Position numbers and translations under genes: made by a program
Assembly: GCA_963822445.1 (NCBI GenBank)
Contig: CAWGHO010000001.1
Coordinates: forward strand, 1,280,001 to 1,344,000
Length of the DNA stretch: 64,000 bases
DNA from: an uncultured Acidobacteriota bacterium
GTDB taxonomy: Bacteria > Acidobacteriota > Thermoanaerobaculia > Gp7-AA8
Reading direction: 5' to 3'
Part shown: positions 58,056-64,000 of the stretch, one piece after another
How the letters are laid out: the number at the start of each line of letters is the position of its first letter
Position numbering within the stretch: position 1 is the first letter of the stretch
Notes under the pieces: model-generated
Told to the model about the DNA's origin: nothing
Seen by the model: only the letters and a program-made list of their open reading frames with translations
Databases searched by the model: none

Positions 58056-59471
58056 ATGCCCCGTCCCCTGGCGCTCCTCGTTACCCTCGTCCTCACCACC
58101 ACCGCCCTCGCCAATCCCATCACCGACGAAAACGCGCGGCCGGGAACGGACCGCTGGCGGCTGCGCCAGCCGGCCATCACCCAGATCGCCGGTTACGCCT
58201 CCTCGACCAGCGTCACGCACGGCGAGACGATCGATCTCTTCGTCAGCACCACCGATCCGACTTACACGATCGAGATCTTCCGCACCGGCTGGTACGGCGG
58301 CCTGGGAGGGCGGCGGATGACCGACGCGGTCGAGCGAACCGGCATCGTGCAAGCCGTTCCCTCGCCCGACACGAATGGCACGGTCGAATGCAAGTGGATC
58401 GACCCGTATGCGGTGACGATCCCCGCCGATTGGCTGAGCGGCGTGTATCTCGCGAAGCTCACCGGCGTTCCCAGCGGCAGCCAGAGCTACATCATGTTCG
58501 TCGTCCGCGACGAGCGCCGCGCCGACTTCGTCTTTCAGAGCACGGTCACGACATACCAGGCCTACAACAACTGGGGCGGCAAATCGCTGTACGGCTTCAA
58601 CAGCACCGGCATGCCCGCGCGGAAAGTGTCGTTCGATCGTCCGTACGCCTCCGCATTCGGCACGGGCGGCTACCTCTTCGACTGGGAGTACAACTTCGTC
58701 CGCTTCCTCGAGCGCGAGGGCTACGACGTCACGTACACGACGAACATCGACACCCACGCGCGGCCTTCGTCGCTGCTGCGCGCGAAAGCGATGCTGTCCG
58801 TCGGTCACGACGAGTACTGGAGCTGGGAGATGCGCGAGCATGTCGAAGCCGCACGCGACGCGGGCGTGCACCTCGCGTTCTTCTCAGCGAACAACTGCTA
58901 CTGGCAGATCCGCTTCGAGAATGCGAACCGCACGATCGTCGGCTACAAGGATGCCGCGCTCGCCTCGGATCCATTCGCGAACGACGGCAATCCGTCGAAC
59001 GACCACCTGATCACCGTGAAGTGGCGCGACGTGCCCGTCTCCCGTCCCGAAGAAGCGCTCCTTGGCGTGATGTACGTCGAGTCGCCGATCGACGGCGACA
59101 TCGTGATCGACAACGCCTCGCACTGGGTCTTCGCGAACACCGGCCTGAAAAACGGCGACAAGCTCACCGGCCTCCTCGGCTATGAGATCGACGCCATTGT
59201 CGGCATCGCCTCGCCACCCGGGCTGGTGCGTCTAGCCCATTCGCCGTATGTCAGCGAGCAGGGCGAGACCGGCTTCGCCGACATGACCATTCACACGACC
59301 GCGAGCGGGGCGATGGTCTTTTCCGCGGGAACGATTCAGTGGAGCTGGGGCCTCGATCCGTTCGGCGATCCCGATCGCGTGCAGCGGCAGAGCGAGGCCG
59401 CGAAACAGATCACGCGCAACGTGTTGAATCGGATGAAAGCCGTGCCGCGGCGACGCGCGGTGCGGAGTTAG
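58056..59471 (+). CDS. Secreted N,N-dimethylformamidase beta-subunit-family (DUF6605) protein
   Basis: NPITDENARPG, TYQAYNNWGG, VSFDRPY, SVGHDEYWS and VFSAGTIQWSWGL. Confidence 0.85.
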   Translation: MPRPLALLVTLVLTTTALANPITDENARPGTDRWRLRQPAITQIAGYASSTSVTHGETIDLFVSTTDPTYTIEIFRTGWYGGLGGRRMTDAVERTGIVQAVPSPDTNGTVECKWIDPYAVTIPADWLSGVYLAKLTGVPSGSQSYIMFVVRDERRADFVFQSTVTTYQAYNNWGGKSLYGFNSTGMPARKVSFDRPYASAFGTGGYLFDWEYNFVRFLEREGYDVTYTTNIDTHARPSSLLRAKAMLSVGHDEYWSWEMREHVEAARDAGVHLAFFSANNCYWQIRFENANRTIVGYKDAALASDPFANDGNPSNDHLITVKWRDVPVSRPEEALLGVMYVESPIDGDIVIDNASHWVFANTGLKNGDKLTGLLGYEIDAIVGIASPPGLVRLAHSPYVSEQGETGFADMTIHTTASGAMVFSAGTIQWSWGLDPFGDPDRVQRQSEAAKQITRNVLNRMKAVPRRRAVRS

Positions 59472-61222
59472 CGGACCGCTTTCGCGCGCTCGAGGAACTT
59501 CGCCGGCGGCTCGAAGCCTGTCAGACGCAGGTCCTTCCGCTCGTTGCCGCTGGCGTCGATGAAGACGATCGTCGGAACGCCGAGGATCTGGTACTCCGCG
59601 GTCAATGCCTTCGTCGTCGCGTCTTCCGCGGCAGTGAGGTCGGCTTTCACGCGAACGAAACGATCCAGCTCCGAGACGACCCCCGCATCGGTGAACGTCT
59701 TCTCATCGAGCTCCTTACACGGCAGGCACCAGTCGGCGTAGAAGTCGATGACCACGGGCTTGTTCGCGGCACGCGCGGCAGCGAGCGCCTTGGTTTCGTA
59801 CTTGTTCCAGGTGACCGCGGTCGCGTGCTTCCGCGGAATCGCGAAGGCGACTCCGGAGACGAGCAACAGTGCGGCGATCGCAATCCGCCAGACGCGTGCG
59901 CCTTTCGACCTCGTGAAAAACAGAAAAGCCGCACCGATGAGCAGGCTTGCCGCCGCGCCGTACTGAAACGCGAGGTCGCCGATCAGCGGCCGCAAAAAGT
60001 AGAAGGCCATGGCGATGAGGATGAAGCCCATGGCCTTCTTCACCTGCAGCATCCACTCACCGGAGCGCGGGATGGAGCTCGCGGCCGAAGCGAAGATGCC
60101 GAGGAACAGGTACGGGAGTCCGAGGCCGAGGGCCAGGACGAAAAACATGAGGAAGCCGAGGAACGGGCTCTGAAGGCTGCTGACCAGCGCGATCAGCGAA
60201 ATCACGAACGGCCCGACGCACGGCGCGGCCACGATGCCGATCACGAGGCCCATCGTCAGCGCGCCGGCCAGACCAGCCTGTCCGCCGGATTTCCTGGTGA
60301 TCCACTGCGGCGGCTGAATCTCGAACGCGCCGAACATCGACGAGGCCATGACCAGCATCAGCAGTGCAAAGAAGATAAGCACCGCCGGATGCTGCAGCCA
60401 CGCGCCGAACAGCTTGCCCGACAGCGCGGAGAACACGCCGAGTGCGGAGTAGGTAATGGCGATGCCGAGGACGTAGAGCGAGGAGAGCGCGACGCGGCGG
60501 CCGGTGCTCGAGCCGCTCTGCGAGCCGAAGTATCCGAGGGTGATCGGGATCAGCGGATAAACGCAGGGGGTGAGGTTGAGCGCGAGCCCGAGGACGAAGA
60601 TCGCCAGTAGCGTGAGCGGAAGACCTCGCGCCGCGAACGTGCTGCCGACGTCACTGGAAAGCAGCGAAGACGAGCTCTTCACGCCTTTCGGCGCGGCGCT
60701 GAGCGGAGTGAAATTCGCACCAGACGCGGGAGCGGCAACCGCGGGAGCCGCGACGGTCTTTGTCGCGTCGATGTCCGCGAACGCATCGTTCGGCGGAAGG
60801 CAGACCGTGTCGCTGCAAGCCTGGTAGTGAAGCTTCGCCTTGATCGTGTTCGCGCCGGGCTTCAGCTTCGCGCGAAAGGGAATCGCGACCTTGCCGTCGA
60901 ACACGGCGAGCTGCTTGCCGCCGGTGAACTCGAAGGCCTTCATCGCGTGAGGCGGGAACTTCGCCTCGATCAACTCCGCGGTCACGGCGTCGACGTCGAG
61001 CGCGGTCGGAATCGCGAATTCTTCGGTCGGCACGTTCGAGTTGATGTGCCATCCATCCTCGACCGTGGCGATGATCGTTCCGTCGACCTCGTCGCCGGTC
61101 CGCTTCTGAACGGACCCGTCGATGGTGACTTTGCCCGCGCCGCCGGCGCCGGGAAACGCGATCTGAGCGATGGTGGGAAGAGCAGCGAGCGTGAGGAACA
61201 GCAGTACCGCGATTTTTTTCAC
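59468..61222 (-). CDS. dsbD: Thiol:disulfide interchange protein DsbD
   Basis: N-domain YQACSDTVC, TM motifs LTPCVYP and APCVGP, and thioredoxin DFYADWCLPC. Confidence 0.92.
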   Translation of the reverse strand: MKKIAVLLFLTLAALPTIAQIAFPGAGGAGKVTIDGSVQKRTGDEVDGTIIATVEDGWHINSNVPTEEFAIPTALDVDAVTAELIEAKFPPHAMKAFEFTGGKQLAVFDGKVAIPFRAKLKPGANTIKAKLHYQACSDTVCLPPNDAFADIDATKTVAAPAVAAPASGANFTPLSAAPKGVKSSSSLLSSDVGSTFAARGLPLTLLAIFVLGLALNLTPCVYPLIPITLGYFGSQSGSSTGRRVALSSLYVLGIAITYSALGVFSALSGKLFGAWLQHPAVLIFFALLMLVMASSMFGAFEIQPPQWITRKSGGQAGLAGALTMGLVIGIVAAPCVGPFVISLIALVSSLQSPFLGFLMFFVLALGLGLPYLFLGIFASAASSIPRSGEWMLQVKKAMGFILIAMAFYFLRPLIGDLAFQYGAAASLLIGAAFLFFTRSKGARVWRIAIAALLLVSGVAFAIPRKHATAVTWNKYETKALAAARAANKPVVIDFYADWCLPCKELDEKTFTDAGVVSELDRFVRVKADLTAAEDATTKALTAEYQILGVPTIVFIDASGNERKDLRLTGFEPPAKFLERAKAVR

Positions 61223-61223
61223 G

Positions 61224-62072
61224 TTACTTGCCCGACGCCAGACGCCTCTCGATGTCAGGGAGGAACATGTCGACGTTCTTGTTGAGCGGCGACTTCGGAT
61301 AGGTCTTCTTGAAGACGCGGAACTCGTTCGCGGCCGCGAGCAGATTGTTCTGCTGCAGGTAAATCTGTCCCGCGAGTAGGTGCGCCCGCTCGACCGCGTC
61401 TCCGGTCTTGCTGACGGCCTGCAGGCTGCGGATGGTCTTCAGCCCTTCGTCGAGGCGGTTCTGCATCGCGTACGACATGGCCAGGTGGTAGTAGGCATCG
61501 TCGCGAACGGCGGCGGGCACGCCCTTCTCGGTCATCAGCTTCTTCAGGCGGGGATCGCTCTTATCGAACGCCGCGCGGGCGATCAGGTCTTTCGCCAGCT
61601 CGAAGCGCTGCTTGTAGTCCTTTTCGATCGTGGCCTCGTTCTTCAGCCGCTTCTGGAACGCGTCGTACTCGCCGCGGGTCTTGTTGAGGCTGACCACGAA
61701 GTCTTTCGGCGGCGCGTAACCGCGAATCATGCCGGCCAGGCTGAGGTCGGGCGCGAGCAGGAGGAAGGTCGGAAGCTGGGTGACGGCGAACTTCTGCGCG
61801 TACTTGGTCCCCTCTCCCTTGTCCTCGGTATCGAGCCGAAGCAGGACGATGTCGCTGGTCGCGTTCTGGAAGACCTCGGACGGGAAAACCTCCCGCTCGA
61901 AGCGATGGCACCAGCCGCACCACTGCGCGAACATGTCCACGAGGATGAGCTGGTTCTTTTCCCTGGCTACCTTCTGCGCCGCGGCTACCGTTTTGTGCCA
62001 GCCACTGCCGGCAAAGGCCGGAGTGGTCAGCGTGAGCGCCAACACGACGAGCAGGACGATTCTTCGGTTCAT
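61224..62072 (-). CDS. Periplasmic thioredoxin-family protein with TPR C-terminus
   Basis: Signal peptide, AQWCGWC, LPTFLLL and TPR helices ending YPKSP. Confidence 0.85.
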   Translation of the reverse strand: MNRRIVLLVVLALTLTTPAFAGSGWHKTVAAAQKVAREKNQLILVDMFAQWCGWCHRFEREVFPSEVFQNATSDIVLLRLDTEDKGEGTKYAQKFAVTQLPTFLLLAPDLSLAGMIRGYAPPKDFVVSLNKTRGEYDAFQKRLKNEATIEKDYKQRFELAKDLIARAAFDKSDPRLKKLMTEKGVPAAVRDDAYYHLAMSYAMQNRLDEGLKTIRSLQAVSKTGDAVERAHLLAGQIYLQQNNLLAAANEFRVFKKTYPKSPLNKNVDMFLPDIERRLASGK

Positions 62073-62131
62073 CTCGCGGTCCCAAACGGCAGCGGAAAAA
62101 GGGCTATTCCGTTGACTTGTAACGCGATGTG

Positions 62132-62878
62132 TCAACGCGATGACACGTCGGCGAGCTTTTTCTTCTCCGCGTACTCGCGCGCGGCTTCGATGAACGCGCC
62201 GAAGAGCGTCGCAGCCGAGTCCTCGCCGGTCATGTCCTCGGGATGCCACTGCACGCCCACGTAGAAAGGATGCTTCGGGTCCTCGAGCCCCTCCACGACC
62301 CCGTCCGGCGCATGGGCGGTCACGCGAAGCCCGTCGCCGACCTTGCCGATGGCCTGATGGTGGGAGGAGTTCACGTTCAGCTCGTGTTCGCAAAGGATCT
62401 CGCCGAGCCGGGTGCCTTTCTCGATGAGGACGTCATGACGGTGACGATCCTCGGGGATGCTGGCGTGACGGATCTCGGTCTGCAGCGCTGAGTCGATGTC
62501 CTGCACGAGCGTTCCGCCGGCGGCGACGTTCATGACCTGCATGCCGAGGCAGATGCCGAGGGTGGGGATGCTGTGCTCGCGGGCCGTTCTGGCAAGGCCG
62601 AGATCGTTCGATTGGCGGCGCGGATCCATGACCGGGTCGACCGTCGGATGGCGCTGCTCGCCGTACGCTGCCGGATCGCAATCGTCGCCACCCGCAAGGA
62701 CGAGTCCGTCCAGGTGACGGATGAGATCGGCTGCGTTCTCCGGCTGAGGCGGGATCACGACCGGAACTGCACCCGCTGCCTTAAGTGCTTCTACGTAAGT
62801 GAGATAGGCGAAGGCGCTTTCGCGGTGTCCATCCGGGCTCAGGACATCCGATCCGATTCCAATGATGGGCTTGCTCAT
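62132..62878 (-). CDS. Gamma-glutamyl-GABA hydrolase (PuuD)-like glutamine amidotransferase, peptidase C26
   Basis: LGICLGMQVMNVAAGGTL, VNSSHHQA and GVQWHPE. Confidence 0.9.
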   Translation of the reverse strand: MSKPIIGIGSDVLSPDGHRESAFAYLTYVEALKAAGAVPVVIPPQPENAADLIRHLDGLVLAGGDDCDPAAYGEQRHPTVDPVMDPRRQSNDLGLARTAREHSIPTLGICLGMQVMNVAAGGTLVQDIDSALQTEIRHASIPEDRHRHDVLIEKGTRLGEILCEHELNVNSSHHQAIGKVGDGLRVTAHAPDGVVEGLEDPKHPFYVGVQWHPEDMTGEDSAATLFGAFIEAAREYAEKKKLADVSSR

Positions 62879-62980
62879 GATTCTCCTGACTTCATTCCAA
62901 CTGCCATGCCGGGCCGATTATCCGAAATTCGAGGGTGGGCGGCGTAGTTTTATTGGGCTCAACACACAACAAGGAGATTC

Positions 62981-63964
62981 ATGACTCGACACCTGCCGAG
63001 ACTCGCCGCCGCGCTGTTGCTTTTCGCCGCCCCTGCTGTGTTCGCTGAGAGCCGCCAAGGCTCGCATGTCGAACTGAAGGCGGTCCCATCGTATGTCGAC
63101 CGGCTGTTCGTCCCGGTCGTCCCCGGTGCGGAGAATACGCTCGCGATCGACTCCCTCGGCCTCGATTCAGTCATCGAAGCTCCAGCCGGTTTCAACGTCA
63201 CCACCCGCCAGGGCACGCTCGTCGTGAAATCCTCTGACGGCGAGCGCGCCGGTTACGCCCGCGTTCGCGGCGGCGGACGCGAGCTCACGCTGACCCTGGT
63301 CAACGTCGTCCCGTACGACGCCATGAAGAACGGCAAGATCGAGGGCTATCGCGTCGGCGAATACAACGAGCGTCCGCTCAAGGGCCTCGCCCAGTACGAG
63401 CGTCCGAAAGGCTTCATCCGCCTGTCGGACTCGAACGGCGCGCTTTGGGTCTCCGACCACTACCGGATGCGCGACTTCCAGTGCAAGCTCGATGGGACGA
63501 CGAAGTTCCTGATCCTGCGCACGGACGCGCTGGTGAAGCTGGAGGTCCTGCAGCACGAGCTCGAGACCACGCACGGCTTCGACTTCGACCGCTTCACCAT
63601 CATGTCCGGCTACCGCACGCCGTACTACAACTCGAAGATCGGCAACGAGACCAGCTACTCGCGCCACCTCTACGGCGACGCGATGGACATCTACATCGAC
63701 GACAACGGCGACGGAAACATGGACGACGTGAACCGCGACGGCCGGATTGACACCGGCGACGCGCGCTTCATCCTTCGCGTTGCCGAGAAGATCGACAACT
63801 CGCGCGAATGGGGCTGGCTGAAGGGCGGCGCGGGCGTGTACCACGCGAACTCCGCGCACGGTCCGTACATTCACGTCGATGCCCGCGGCTACGTCGCGCG
63901 CTGGGGCGCTGTGAACGAGACCGGCGGCGGCACGGGCGCATCGCGCGCCGCGCGGTCGAAGTAA
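62981..63964 (+). CDS. Secreted peptidase M15-like (D-Ala-D-Ala Zn metallopeptidase) protein
   Basis: MSGYRTPYYN, SRHLYGDAMD and YIHVDARG; AAGGAG SD. Confidence 0.85.
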   Translation: MTRHLPRLAAALLLFAAPAVFAESRQGSHVELKAVPSYVDRLFVPVVPGAENTLAIDSLGLDSVIEAPAGFNVTTRQGTLVVKSSDGERAGYARVRGGGRELTLTLVNVVPYDAMKNGKIEGYRVGEYNERPLKGLAQYERPKGFIRLSDSNGALWVSDHYRMRDFQCKLDGTTKFLILRTDALVKLEVLQHELETTHGFDFDRFTIMSGYRTPYYNSKIGNETSYSRHLYGDAMDIYIDDNGDGNMDDVNRDGRIDTGDARFILRVAEKIDNSREWGWLKGGAGVYHANSAHGPYIHVDARGYVARWGAVNETGGGTGASRAARSK

Positions 63965-64000
63965 TCAGTCGAAAATGACCCTGCTCTCACCCCCGAGTGC

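Overview
High-GC (visually about 65-67%) bacterial chromosomal segment. The gene repertoire suggests Acidobacteriota, probably class Thermoanaerobaculia (inference): Oar-type TonB-dependent receptors, a VPS10/BNR protein, Ser/Thr kinase-TolB and kinase-TonB fusions, FG-GAP/Ig proteins and RRRAVR-tailed secreted proteins. There are about 46 genes, mostly envelope, secreted or housekeeping (rho, rimO, dusB, yhbY, dsbD, a BtuFCD-like ABC importer, bacterioferritin-like), plus one DUF433/DUF5615 toxin-antitoxin pair. I saw no tRNA, rRNA, CRISPR, integrase or transposase. The most notable items are: (1) a pseudo-receiver + Ser/Thr kinase + TM + TonB-C fusion heading an apparent operon with a small coiled-coil protein and the Btu-like importer, a candidate trans-envelope signalling system; (2) a c-di-GMP-I (GEMM-I) riboswitch in front of a GH18 + DUF6605 operon whose products share a basic C-terminal tail; (3) dissimilar REP-like elements that all obey one GT[AG][GC]-N-7bp stem-TCY-7bp stem pattern, including a four-hairpin 102-104 bp unit with a compensatory base-pair change; (4) three inverted arrays of a G-rich octamer; (5) three FG-GAP paralogues with a shared three-repeat C-terminal domain. 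Six minus-strand genes carry single-base frameshifts or an in-frame stop, most likely sequencing errors. All family assignments come from motif recognition, not database searches.
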